Source: Eledone cirrhosa
Lineage: Eukaryota
Direction of reading: 5' to 3'
Assembly: GCA_964016885.1 (NCBI GenBank)
Contig: OZ024741.1
Coordinates: forward strand, 269,204,001 to 269,268,000
Length of the DNA: 64,000 nucleotides
How positions within the stretch are numbered: position 1 is the stretch's first letter; each line of letters starts with the position of its first letter. Both the position numbers and the translations under genes were made by a program. The notes beneath the pieces were generated by a model. The model searched no databases. It was not told where the DNA came from and saw only the letters and a list, made by a program, of their open reading frames with translations. Shown here piece by piece: positions 13,727 to 25,954 of the stretch.

Positions 13727-14285
13727 CAGAGGTGTTAAACTCCTTTGGCCTCGTGAGCCTGATAGAAGTTTAAACTAGATCTGGTGGACCAGAACCCCCC
13801 CCCCCCCCCCACACACACACGCACACACCAACAAAAACAAAAAGAAAAAAAGCAACCAAAGACGTTAAGTTAAGTAGAAGATAAGATAATAATATTTGAA
13901 TGTATGTATAGTATATTGGGCAGTATACTGTATGTTTAATTAAAAACATTTAGAAGACCATACGCTATTAGTTTTAAAGTAGTGAGGATGTCACTTACTT
14001 CTCGTCAAAAACAACAGTTTGCCAAGAAGAAGTAAGTGATATTGTCACTACTTTAAAACTCATAGCGAATGGTCTTCCAAATGTTTTTAATTAAACATAC
14101 AGTATATTGCCAAATATACTATACATACATTCATGTATATATCGCTATTTCAGAGCACCAATACTAATACCTAATAATAATATTAATAATTTAAAAAAAT
14201 ATAAAATTGGGCCACGACCCGATCTTAAACATGTGCCGCATGTTGGACTTTAAAAAGGCCACGGGTCGTATGTTTGACACCATTT
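13727..14285. mobile_element. hAT/Charlie-like MITE with a nested fold-back insert
   Basis: Ends cagaggtgttaaac / gtttgacacca resemble Charlie-type TIRs. TSD is unclear. Confidence 0.45.
13897..14133. repeat. ~235-bp imperfect palindrome (arms ~105 bp)
   Basis: tgaatgtatgtatagtatatt...cacttacttct is mirrored by agaagtaagtg...aatatactatacatacattca. Confidence 0.85.
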
Positions 14286-14524
14286 ATCTAGAAGCTAAAA
14301 GACTTACGTGAATAGGAACTTATAGAGGCGACAAGGAATGCTGTGAGAAGACCGATGGTAAGTAGAAGGCTTGTCTTCGCCATTTTAAAAATAGCTGGAA
14401 CAATGAGAGAAAGAGGTTCGGCGTTTTAATAACCGAGGGAAGTAAAATCTGTGAAATGTCCTTGCTACAATCAGTCTGTTGTAATGATAATTAGATCTGT
14501 TTCCTATGTATGCTGTGAGAGTGC

Positions 14525-14617
14525 ATGTATATTTATACATTTAGATGTGTGACTGTGTGTAAGTGTGTGTGTCTGTGTGTGTGTGTGTGTGTCTGTATGT
14601 GTGTGTGTCTGTATGTA

Positions 14618-14650
<33 letters not shown>

Positions 14651-15147
14651 CTGTATGTGTGTATGTGTGTTTGTCTGTCTGTGTGTCTGTGTGTATCTGT
14701 GTGTGTGCGTGTGTGACTGGGTATGTGTGTCTGTGTGTGTATGCGTGTGCGTGTGTGACTGTATGTGTGTCTGTGTGTGTGTGTGTGTGTGCCTGTATGT
14801 GTGTCTGTATGTGTCTGTGTGTGTCTGTGTGCGTGTGTCTGTGTGTGTCTCTCTGTATGTCTGTGTGTGTGACCGTGTGTGTGTGTGTGTCTGTAGGTGT
14901 GTCTGTGTGTGTCTGTCTGTATGTGTGTGACTGTGTGTGTGTGTCTGTCTGTATGTGAGTGCATGTATATTTATACATTTGTGTGTGCGACTGTATGTGT
15001 GTGTCTGTATGTGTGTGTCTGTATGTGTGTCTCACTCTCTTTCTCTCTCTCTCTCTCGCTCTCTCTGTATGTCTGTGTGTGTGTCTGTGTGTGTGTGTGT
15101 GTCTGTCTGTATGTGAGTGCATATATATTTATACATTTGTGTGTGTG

Positions 15148-15181
<34 letters not shown>

Positions 15182-15840
15182 TGTATATGTGTGCATGTAT
15201 ATGTGTACGTTTGTGTGTGTGTGTATGTATCTGCGGCTATATTGCCAAGACTGAATTGATATTTTGTGTGTGTGTGTGTGTGTGTGAGTGTGTGTGTGTG
15301 TGTGTATTTGTGTATGTGACTGTGTGTATGTGTGTGTATATATGTGTGTGTGTGTGAGTATTTGTGTATGTGTGTGTGTGGATGTGTGTGTGTATATGTG
15401 TGTCGCTATATTGCCACCACTGTATGTATGTTTGTACATTTGTCTGTATGTGTAACTATTTGTGTATGCGATTGCATGTGTGTGTATGTATGTGCCGCTA
15501 TATTGTGTGTGTGTGTATGTGTGTATGAGTATGTGACTGTGTGTGTGTGTGTGCGATTGTGTGTATATGTATGTGTATGAATGTGTTGTCAAGCAGTGAG
15601 TGCATTGTTTGAACTGATGTGTACGTGTGAATCTGTGTACGTGTATGTGTGTGTATGTGTATGAATGTGTATGGGTGTGTATGTGTGAATGTGTATGTGT
15701 ATATTCGTGTGTGTGTATGTATGTGTGTATGTATGTGTGTGTGTATTTATGTGTGTGTGTGTGAGTGTATGTATGTGTGCTAGTGTGTGTATGTATTTAT
15801 GTGTGTGTGTGTATGTATGTGTGTATGTGTGTGTATGAAT
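14525..15840. repeat. Compound (TG)n microsatellite
   Basis: Direct inspection; it produces the spurious CV/HT ORFs. Confidence 0.95.
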
Positions 15841-15889
15841 AACTTAATATGTAGTCAGATAGTGTAACTGTCTGTGTCTAAACCTGTGA

Positions 15890-16060
15890 AATAATTGTTT
15901 CTACTTTAGGCACAAAGCCAGCAATTAACCAGTGTATTACTGGTACTTTATTTTAACGACCCCGTAAGAATGAAAGGCAAAGTTAACCTCGACCGGATTT
16001 GAACTCAGACCGTAAAGGGACGTAACTATGCTAGAAAGCATAACGTCCAACACTCTACAA
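15890..16060 (-). mobile_element. SINE family A
   Basis: Matches 11222-11410. Its flank and tail (15846-15965) are duplicated at 16441-16560. Confidence 0.75.
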
Positions 16061-16151
16061 GCCGTCAGACGGTGTAAATCTGTGTGTGTGTGTGTGTATT
16101 TATGTGTGTGTGGGTATGTGTGTGTGTGTGTGTGTGTGTGAATACGTTAAT

Positions 16152-16431
16152 CTAAAGTCTGTCTTATGCCAGACGTCTCATTAGGCCGGTGCTTATCGCG
16201 GTTTCATGGCGTGAAGCGACTGAGAGTACAAGACTCCCCCCTGGACAGGACGCCAGTCCATCGCAGGGTTAAACCTCCAGCTATTGCCGGTACTCATTTT
16301 CAGCTGAGTGTAATGGAGCAATGTGAAATGAAGTGTTTTCCTCAAGAACACAACACGCAGCCCAGGAATCGAACCCACGACTTTATGATCGTAAGTCCAA
16401 CACTCTCACCACTAGGCCACCTGCCTCCACT
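16152..16431 (-). mobile_element. tRNA-derived SINE family B (CORE-like centre)
   Basis: Minus strand has A-box tggcctagtggtgag and B-box ggttcgattcc, then gtgttgtgttcttgaggaaaacac. Flanked by the approximate TSD tgaatacgttaat / tgaataccttaat. Confidence 0.75.
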
Positions 16432-16559
16432 GAATACCTTAATATATAGTCAGATAGTGTAACTGTCTGTGTTTAAACCTATGTAATAATTGGTTCTACT
16501 TTTGGCACAAAGCCAGCAATAATCCAGTGTATTACTGGTACTTTATTTTATCGACCCCG

Positions 16560-19400
16560 TATACACTCCATCAGACACACACATACACTCCATCACACAC
16601 ACACATACACTCTATCACACAATCATACATACACTCAGTCACACACATACATACACTCAGTCACACACATACATACACTATATCACACACACACATACAC
16701 TCTATCACACACACATACACTCCATCACACACACACATACACTCTATCACACAATCATACATACACTCAGTCACACACATACACTCCATCACACAATCAT
16801 ATACACTCTATCACACACACACATACACTCTATCACACACGCACACATACACTCTATCACACAATCACACATACACTCTATCACACACACCTACACTCTA
16901 TCACATCATCACACATACACTCTATCACACACACATACATACACTCTTTCACAAGCAGTGTAATAATGTGCAGTCAGGCGGTGTAAATCTGTGTGTGTAT
17001 GTGTGTAAGAAGTGTAAATCTGTGTGTGTGTGTGTATGTGTGTAAGAAGTGTAAATCTGTGTGTGTGTGTGTGTGTGTGTGTAAGAAGTGTAAATCTGTG
17101 TGTGTGTGTATGTGTGTAAGAAGTGTAAATCTGTGTGTGTATGTGTGTAAACCGTGTAAATCTGTGTGTGTGTGTGTATGTGTGTAAGAAGTGTAAATCT
17201 GTGTGTGTGTGATTGTGTGATAGTGTGTATGTGTGTGTGTGTGTGATAGAATGTAAGTGTGATTGTGTGATGGAGTGTATGTGTGTGTGTGTGTGTGTGA
17301 TGGAGTGTATGTGTGATTGTGTGATGGAGTGTATGTGTGTGTTTGTGATGGAGTGTATGTGTGATTGTGTGATGGAGTGTATGTGTGTGTTTGTGATGGA
17401 GTGTATGTATGATTGTGTGATAGAGTGTATGTGTGTGTGTGTGATAGAGTGTATGTGTGATTGTGTGATGGAGTGTATGTGTGTGTGTGATAGAGTGTAT
17501 GTGTGTGTGATAGACTGAAAGTGTGTGTGATAGAGTGTATTTGTGATTGTGTGATGGAGTGTATGTATGTGTGATAGAGTGTATATGCGTGTGTGATAGG
17601 TGTATGTGTGTGTGTGATAGAGTGTATGTGTGTGTGTGATAGAGTGTATGTGTGTGTGTGATAGATTGTATGTGTGATTGTGTGATAGAGTGTATGTGTG
17701 TGGTGGAGAGTATGTGTGTGTGTGTGGAGTGTATGTGTGTGTGATAGAGTGTATGTGTGTGTGATAGAGTGTATGTGTGTGTGATAGAGTGTATGTGTGT
17801 GACTGAGTGTGTGTGTGTGTGATAGAGTGTATGTGTGTGTGATAGAGTGTATGTGTGTGATAAAGTGTATGTGTGTGTGTGTGATAGAGTGTATGTGTGA
17901 TTGTGTGATAGAGTGTATGTGTGTGATAAAGTGTATGTGTGTGTGTGTGATAGAGTGTATGTGTGTGTGATAGAGTGTATGTATGATTGTGTGAAGGAGT
18001 GTATGTGTGATGGAGTGTATGTGTGATTATGTGATAGAGTGTATGTGTGTGTGTGTGATAGAGTGTATGTGTGATTGTGTGATAGAGTGTATGTGTGTGT
18101 GTGTGATAGAGTGTATGTGTGATTGTGTGATGGAGTGTGTGTGTGTGTGATAGAGTGTATGTGTGATTGTGTGATAGAGTGTATGTGTGATTGTGTGATG
18201 GAGTGTATGTGTGTGAGTGATGGAGTGTATGTGTGTGATAGAGTGTATGTGTGTGTGATAGAGTGTATGTGTGTGTGTGTGATAGAGTGTATGTGTGTGT
18301 GATAGAGTGTATGTGTGTGTGATATAGTATATGTGTGTGTGTGATAGAGTGTATGTGTGTGTGTGATAGAGTATGTGTGTGTGATAAAGTGTATGTGTGT
18401 GTGATAGAGTGTACGTGTGATTGTGTAATAGAATGTATGTGTGTGTGTGATAGAGTGTATGTGTGTGTGTGATAGATTGTATGTGTGATTGTGTGATAGA
18501 GTGTATGTGTGTGGTGGAGAGTATGTGTGTGTGTGTGATGGAGTGTATGTGTGTGTGATAGAGTGTATGTGTGTGACTGAGTGTGTGTGTGTGTGATAGA
18601 GTGTATGTGTGTGTGATAGAGTGTATGTGTGTGATAAAGTGTATGTGTGTGTGTGTGATAGAGTGTATGTGTGATTGTGTGATAGAGTGTATGTGTGTGA
18701 TAAAGTGTATGTGTGTGTGTGTGATAGAGTGTATGTGTGTGTGATAGAGTGTATGTATGATTGTGTGAAGGAGTGTATGTGTGATAGAGTGTATGTGTGT
18801 GTGTGTGATAGAGTGTATGTGTGATTGTGTGATAGAGTGTATGTGTGTGTGTGTGTGATAGAGTGTATGTGTGATTGTGTGATGGAGTGTATGTGTGTGT
18901 GATAGAGTGTATGTGTGATTGTGTGATAGAGTGTATGTGTGATTGTGTGATGGAGTGTATGTGTGTGAGTGATGGAGTGTATGTGTGTGATAGAGTGTAT
19001 GTGTGTGTGATAGAGTGTATGTGTGTGTGATAGAGTGTATGTGTGTGTGATAGAGTGTATGTGTGTGTGATATAGTATATGTGTGTGTGTGATAGAGTGT
19101 ATGTGTGTGTGTGATAGAGTATGTGTGTGTGATGAAGTGTATGTGTGTGTGATAGAGTGTACGTGTGATTGTGTAATAGAATGTATGTGTGTGTGTGATA
19201 GAGTGTATGTGTGTGTGTGTGTGAGATAGAGTGTATGTGTGTGTGTGATAGAGTGTATGTGTGTGTGATAAAGTGTATGTGTGTGTGTGATAGAGTGTAT
19301 GTGTGTGTGTGTGATAGAATGTATGTGTGTGTGTGATAGAGTGTATATATGTGTGTTATAGAGTGTATGTGTGATTGTGTGTATATTAATGAGCAGTGTA
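16560..19400. repeat. TG-rich minisatellite (gtgtgatagagtgtat-type units); 16560-16950 is the same repeat inverted
   Basis: Direct inspection. The 826-aa HT/YT ORF is a repeat artefact. Confidence 0.92.
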
Positions 19401-19599
19401 TGTGTGTTTATGTATACGAATATGGCCAAATGTGTGTGCCTCTGATTGTGCGTCTGTGTGTGTGGGTATGTCTATTGTTGTCGGAGTACATGCACACTCA
19501 CACACACGTACATATATATATGACTAGCAGAGGTACCCGGCGTTGCCCGGTATAACTCTCAATGGAGCAGTCATTCGAATGAACCGAAAGACTTCCGTT

Positions 19600-20020
19600 A
19601 AACATGACTATTGAAGTAACAATTTATAGCTGTTGGCCCTAAAGAGGGCCTTTGAATGTTCACTTTGAAATATCTCTGCGGTGGTGCTGTCAGCAAAGAC
19701 GAATCCGATGGTAACAATTTTAAGTTGGTGGCCCTAGAGAGAGAGCCTTGGATCGTTCAATCTTAAATAGTCTCAACGGCGGTACTGCCAGCAAAGACGA
19801 ACCCAGCGACAACAATTTATAGTTGGTAGCCCTGAAGAGGACCTTTTAACGTTCACTTTAAAATATCTCAGCGGCGGTGTTGCCAGCAAAGATGAATCCG
19901 ATGGTAACAATTTAAACTTGGTGGCCCTGAAGAGGGCCTTGGATCGTTCACTCTTAAAAGTCCCAGTGGCAGAGCTGTCAGCAAAGACGACTCCGATTAG
20001 AGGTGGTGGCCCTTAAGAAG
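19600..20020. repeat. ~97-bp subterminal tandem repeat (~4.5 copies) in the Helitron 3' region
   Basis: cagcaaagacgaatccgatggtaacaatttt...ggtggccct recurs near 19691, 19789, 19885 and 19979. Confidence 0.8.
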
Positions 20021-20394
20021 TGCTTCACACCACTTTGGTGTGTCGTATTTGCTTTGTTTGTTATTTGAGATTGTAACCTAGAAAAGCATGTAACAGTCGG
20101 TGGCCGCAAAAACGGCCTTGGCAAGATCACGCTGGAATGTCAAAAAAATGTGTAAATAAGATGTAGGGAAAAGTAGATTAATCAGGTTAGAACTACGGAA
20201 CATCGATAGCAAAGTGTTATAGCAACATATAAATGCGGAAAACGGAGACATTGAACATTTACAACGTATAACAAAAGCAATATAAGAGGCGTACGTGGTA
20301 TTGTCAAAAGGACAAAAATGGTACAAGGATACAGCAAATGTAAGCATTTATACAAAATAAAAACACAGCGATTACTTGTTGGCGGATGGGGTGT

Positions 20395-20960
20395 CTACAA
20401 TACTTCCTTATAGACTATATTTTGGGTTTTCTCGCGAGTTGCAAAAGCAAATAGGTTATGTCGGCTCCCCACTCGAGAGCAGCCAACGTATAGTTGACCA
20501 TGAGAGAAGCACGGTTCTTCTAAATTAAGCCCTAGGACCGTCAGCGTCTGACCCTGTGATTTGTTAATCGACATGGTGAAACTGAGCCGGAGAGGGAATG
20601 TCTTTACCGGATGGAATGAGAGGTATCTTTGGTCCCCCTTTGGACAGTGTCCCCCTTACCACATCCTGTAAGTATTGTTGCCTCAATAACATGAGGCATC
20701 GCCTTTTGGACGAGCAGACGCGTGCCGTTGGAAAGCCTTCAGGGTTCCAAATTCCTGAAGAGCATGACAGGGGCACTTTTCTTAAGTCGCAGTAAGTGCG
20801 GTGACAATCCGGGAGGGTCTAGGGAGTTCAGAAATTCTGTGGGGGTAATTAACAACTTCGTCCGGATCAACCATAAAGTCAAGGGTCTTGTAGACGTGCA
20901 GGTTTCCAGGAAAGCACAGCGTAGTCGGAGGAGAGGCCGTACTTAAAGGCCTTCAACAAC
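20395..20960 (-). pseudogene. Helitron Pif1 helicase C-terminal remnant
   Basis: Manual translation gives FLNSLDPPGL...NGTRL... and FTMSINKSQGQTLTVLGLNLEEPCFSHGQLYVGCSRVGSRHNLFAF...NIVYKEVL*, homologous to 2845-3144. Confidence 0.85.
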
Positions 20961-21042
20961 CATCGTGAATTGCAAATCCTAGAAATGCCACGTAACGATG
21001 ATCGCCGCTGTTCACTTTGCAGAAGTCGGCCACGTCGTTGCT

Positions 21043-21528
21043 CTATGGTTTCAGTATTTCGTGCAGCAGCAGTGGCAGCAGCGTCCCTGCTTCGTCGGAC
21101 GGCGCGTCGTCTTCATCCTCCCGAGCACGAGCAGCGGCGTCCCTGCTTCGTCGAACGGCGCGTCGTCCTTCATCCTCTCGAGTGCGAGCAGCGGATGTTG
21201 CAGTGGCGTCCCTACTTCGTCGAACGGCGCGTCGTCCTTCATCCTCTTGAGCGCGAGCAGCGTCTGTTGCAGTGGCGTCTCTGCTTCGCCGAACGGCGCG
21301 TCGTCCTCCATCCTCTCGCGCAGAGGCAGCAGCAGTCGCAGCAGCATCTTTGTTCCGTCGAAGTTCACGCCGACTGTCACCCTCCTCCTCTCTTGCAGCT
21401 GCCGTCTGCACAACATTCTGTGAGAGCCTGATCGCAGTCGCATTTATATCTTCTGTGAGACGCCTTCGCTTAGACCTACTTGCATCATTAGATAATCGAC
21501 CAATGAAAGTTCTTTTCTTGGGTGGCAT
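21043..21528 (-). pseudogene. Probable Helitron RepHel N-terminus (basic start plus Arg/Ala/Glu-rich repeats)
   Basis: MPPKKR start and tandem AREDEGRRAVRRSRDA repeats. Lies directly upstream of the helicase remnant on the same strand. Confidence 0.6.
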
Positions 21529-23705
21529 TGTTTTTAGAAAATTAACCAGGGAGAACGATAAATAGTGGACAAATAACGTTTAAGTAAGCAAATCTAAACA
21601 CGGATATAAATTGTGAAAAAATGTGATGAATCTATGTGGTCTGAGAAAGTGGGTATGTTCTGCAAGATTTTGTGTACCAGTCAAATTTCAGGTTTTAAGT
21701 TAGGGGCAACGCAGCGTATGGACTACCTGTGATAAAGGAAATTAAATAGTGTGGCTACAGTGGTAGGTATATAATTGTCAGTATGTTTGTTCAGTTCGAA
21801 CATAGCAATAAGTAAGAACTAATAATTGAAAGGATACAGGCAAAAATGGCCGAAAAATCACAGCATGATAAACTGGAACCTTATGACCATAAACACATTA
21901 ACTAAACCTCCTTTAAGGTGACAAATGTTGAAGAAGCATGCGTTTCAGAAACACGGAGTAGCTTATGAGAGTACGCATGTAAAAAAAACCTATCACTTGT
22001 CAAAAGCCAAAAAAGAAGTGTGATCCTACGTCGGACTGACCGATATAAATAGGAATGATTTCGCTCAATGAACAACACTCGAGTTGTCTGATTGGTTAGA
22101 TAATTCAAATAAGTGTGATGAAATTTACTGAACACAACTCACTGATATGTGGTTGGCCAGAGGTCGCCATTTCGCACTTAATTGAGGTGCAATTAAACGG
22201 GGGAGACAACTGGGTGCAAAAACTAACCAATCATTCGTACAGTTTAGGCATGAGTGTGAAATAGCACAATCCACATACTGTAGGCGTTAAAATTTGCACT
22301 TGGGTTAAATCGCGCTTTCTTGGTTAGGAGTGTGAAATGACGCCAAAGTTCAAGGAAAAAGATTTAGCTCCCCATTCCGCATTTAATTGTGGTGCAATTA
22401 CACGGGGGAGACAACCAGGTGCAAAATTCAATTCAATCATCCTAAAGTTAACTAAACAAACTAAAGTTAAGTCAGGGGGATTTAAAAATTCGCTACTCCA
22501 TTTGTAGGACATGAGTAACCGATGCGTCAACTTTCATTTAAATTGACTTTTATTTCCAGAAGTTGAAATGCTTTGCTGCAACCATAATATGAACTTTAAA
22601 AGTGGTCCAAAGGGGCTCACTACCCTCCCTAGGGGGTTCCCTTTCAAAATTCAAGTGATAACGAATGTGTGGAGCGTTATCTTATGGCAGGCAATAACCA
22701 TTTCGTTTAGTTTTTGTAAGAATCAAGTATAAACTCCCGAGGCTATGGTGCTTTTTTATTGTGGCAGTTTGAACTTTTATAGGTTAATGAACTGGGCTCA
22801 TTGTCCCCGAGGGGGTCCTCTTGCTGAATTGAAATGAAAGTAAATGTGCCTCACTGTATCTTCATCTGTAGTACATGAATAACAACTAAGTCGAAATTCG
22901 TTTTATTGGACTACCAATTATCGAAGCTGAGGCTTTGCTGCATTACAATAGCCAAATTCAATAAACGACTCGCCGGGACTTACTGGTCCCTGGGGATCTC
23001 CTTGCTTGTTCCGGGTATAGACAGTGTCTTCAACAACATCTTTAGGCAATGGGTAACCAATGTGTCCGGTAAAGTTAAAATCGAACGTAAACTTCAAAAG
23101 TTATCAGGTACTAATACAGTGTTAATGTGAACTTCAATAGATAAGTCGAAGGGGCTTACTACCCCCCCCCCCCAAGGGTCCCCTTCATAAGTTCAAGTAA
23201 AAGTTCATGTGTTCACCTTCCTTTATAAGCCATGGGTAACCAATACGTCTCGCTTCATGAAAACCAAACACCAACTCAAGCAGTTATGACGTTTTGTTGC
23301 ATTGATGATATCAATTTCAACATTCATCAAGTCGGTTTACTGCCCCCCCCCCTCCCCCACGGGGTCCCCTACCTGAATTTCTGCGCAAGTGCATGCCTGC
23401 AAATTTATTTGTAGGCCATAAGCAAACAAAAGATTAATTTTGGTGAAGATGGGAGGAAAACTGCAGGGATTATGAGGCCTTTATGCAGTAGTACTGCTAA
23501 CTCCAAGCGAGAAGCTTAAGGAGGTTATTTGCGCCGGGGGGGGGGGGGGGGGGGGCAAATCAATGTACGGAAAAATAAAATAACCTACGACGCGTAATAG
23601 GACTTCAGAAACCTATGTATGAAATTTGGTGCAAATCGGTTGTAAAATGTAGAAATGCATGCGGTTACACAGACAAACAGACAGCTTCTGTTTTATATAT
23701 ATAGA

Positions 23706-24135
23706 TTAGCAGAAAACCACCTGGTGGGCGGTTTTCTGCTAGCAAATCTAGTGTATATACTGATATTCTTGAGATTTGGATGAGAAATGTTTTCGGCACC
23801 ACATGTTCACCGTCTCTCGGTGTGTCTTTTATGCATGTATAAATATATATGTTATCTATACGGTGAAATCTTTGAAATAAATATATGTTAAAACGAAAAA
23901 GGAGAAAAAGAGATTAGTGACGGAAATATAAACGTTATGATATAACGATGGAAATATATCTTCAAATGGTCCTTGGCATGGTGTCAAGTCAGAACCGCCT
24001 CGAACTGGTTACTTCTGGCTTGTGCAAGGTGTCTCTATAGCAACCAGCGATTCCCTCGGCCTCAGTGACCAAAGTCAGTGGAGAGGGGAAGGTAATGTTT
24101 CTATAGCACGTGTTTTAGCGTCTATTCACTCTCTC

Positions 24136-24201
<66 letters not shown>

Positions 24202-24297
24202 TCGTAGTCTGTCTCTTTCTTTCACTCTCACTCTACGCACGTGTTTCCACTGTCGGACAGACAGACAGAGAAATTGCTGGTTATATATATAAGTAGA
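23706..24297 (-). mobile_element. Short non-autonomous Helitron abutting the larger one
   Basis: Minus-strand 5' end TCTACTTATATATATAA...tgtctgtctgtc at 24297. 3' hairpin tagcagaaaacc/ggttttctgcta at 23707-23741, with terminal CTAA at 23706. Confidence 0.6.
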
Positions 24298-24559
24298 TGA
24301 TGATGATGGCTGCAGCTCGATTTTGAGTAATCGCTTGATACTTAAGTATGAGCATCATGGACATGGCTTCCAAATTTGGAAACTCTGCTTCGAAAGATCG
24401 AGACGTATCTAAGGATCTTGCGATTTCAGAGTCAGGTTCGATCATCGCATCGATCGTGCTTCGAGCTGGTCGCCAGGGAAATGATTGTCTAATAAATTTT
24501 AATTCGTCGCACCACTGATTCTCCGTTTCTTATGTGATATTATACCTTGCTCTGTAAGA

Positions 24560-25950
24560 ACATCGAGTGCTCAAACGGCCTACCGCATACGGATGCTTTA
24601 AGCATCCTACACCAATTTTATATATATATATACATATGGAGGAAATTGTAGTTTACTTGAAGCATTGCATAGTTAGGTATAAACGTTTGGAGTTAGAAGG
24701 CCAGAACAATGCAGGTATGGATATAGAATATAAATACAAATGCAAAAGATATTGCTGACAATTAGTTTTTTACCTTAAATGTATTTGAATATCCTTAATT
24801 TTCGAGATAGTATCTCTTCTTCGGATGGAAGTAAAGGGGTTAATCCAGTGTTCTAATTAGCTTGCCAAGTCATGTTGACAGGAAATAGTAAAGAAATTCC
24901 ATTCTATTTCTAATGTCAAAGAGTGAAGGTTAGGTGGACAAAGGGTTGTTTCCCTTTAAAAGAGTTTGGACATGTATGTCTAAGTGTGTGTGAGTGTGAG
25001 AGGACATGTTTATATGTAAATGTGGAGGCTAGATGCTCTATCATGTTAAAACTGGTCTATGTATGTGTGAGAGAGAATAAGTGAAAGTGTAAGCGTGCGT
25101 GTGTGTGTGTGTGAGATGGTACGTGGAGGTGTAAGTGTAGGGTTAGGTGCTCTATCATATTAGAAATTGGGTGTTGAGTTCTAGTCTGTTATTGATTGGT
25201 GGTTGAGTTTTGTCTATAATAAGTGCTTCTTTAATTCTAAGATTGCCGAGATTTCTTTCCTTAGCTTCTATCCTAACTATTATGTTTTTGCATTTCACAA
25301 GGTGTTTCTTAAATGAGGAAGTGTTAGTGTTGAGGTGTTCTTTTATTCTAATGTGAAGTGGTCTGGTGGTGCTACCTATGTAGAAATTGCTGCATTTGTC
25401 GTACTCTAATCTGTATACGACGTAAGCCTGGTGGCATAGGTCTGTGTCATCGATGGGGCAGTTGGCTAGTCTGCAGCGGCTGTCATGTCTGGTGGAGTAT
25501 CTTTTGGTTAACTGTCCGCATAGAGAAGGTCCTGAGTGGGCTAGCTGGATATCTAGTCCCTCTTGTCTGATAGCTCTGCGGATGGCTGTTGTTGTTTCGT
25601 CACTGAAGTGTGAGAGCTTCAGGAAGCAGGTGTTAGTGCCTTGGGTGTGGTGTCCTCTGTTGCTTCTGGCACGGTTCGCGGTGGACGTCGAGTATCCGTT
25701 CAGTTTAAGTACTTCCAGGAAATGTGTGGTGTGTGTGTCCCGGTCTCTTGCGTCAGTGGATTTGTTCTGAATACGTGTTAGTTCATTCCTTATGTATCCG
25801 AACTTAGCGCTGACAGGAAGGGCGGATCTGAAATGTACAAACAGGTCCCTGCTGGCGGCTTTTTAATAGAAGCAGGTGGTGTGGATGTCGCCTTCCTCTG
25901 TTACCCTGAGTTGGAAGTCCAATAGGGATAGGGATCTGCGGTCATCGGGG
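24560..25950 (-). mobile_element. Penelope-like element fragment (RT thumb, GIY-YIG endonuclease, 3' region)
   Basis: Manual translation of ~25190-25950: SLSLLDF...FRSALP...LKLNGY...CRLANCPI...VVYRL...CSNFYIGSTTRPLHIRIKEH...LRIKEALII. Confidence 0.8.
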
Positions 25951-25954
25951 TGTT

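Larger units (their letters stand above)
19524..23705 (-). mobile_element. Internally deleted (non-autonomous) Helitron with both termini
   Basis: Minus-strand 5' end TCTATATATATAAAA at 23705. 3' hairpin ccgggcaacgccggg then CTAG ending at 19524. Contains RepHel N- and C-terminal remnants. Confidence 0.85.

Noticed and set aside
16340-16431. tRNA gene
   Set aside because: A/B boxes belong to a SINE head; no full cloverleaf, and it continues into a SINE body.
14525-19429. His/Thr- and Cys/Val-rich ORFs up to 826 aa
   Set aside because: Translations of TG/CA micro- and minisatellites.
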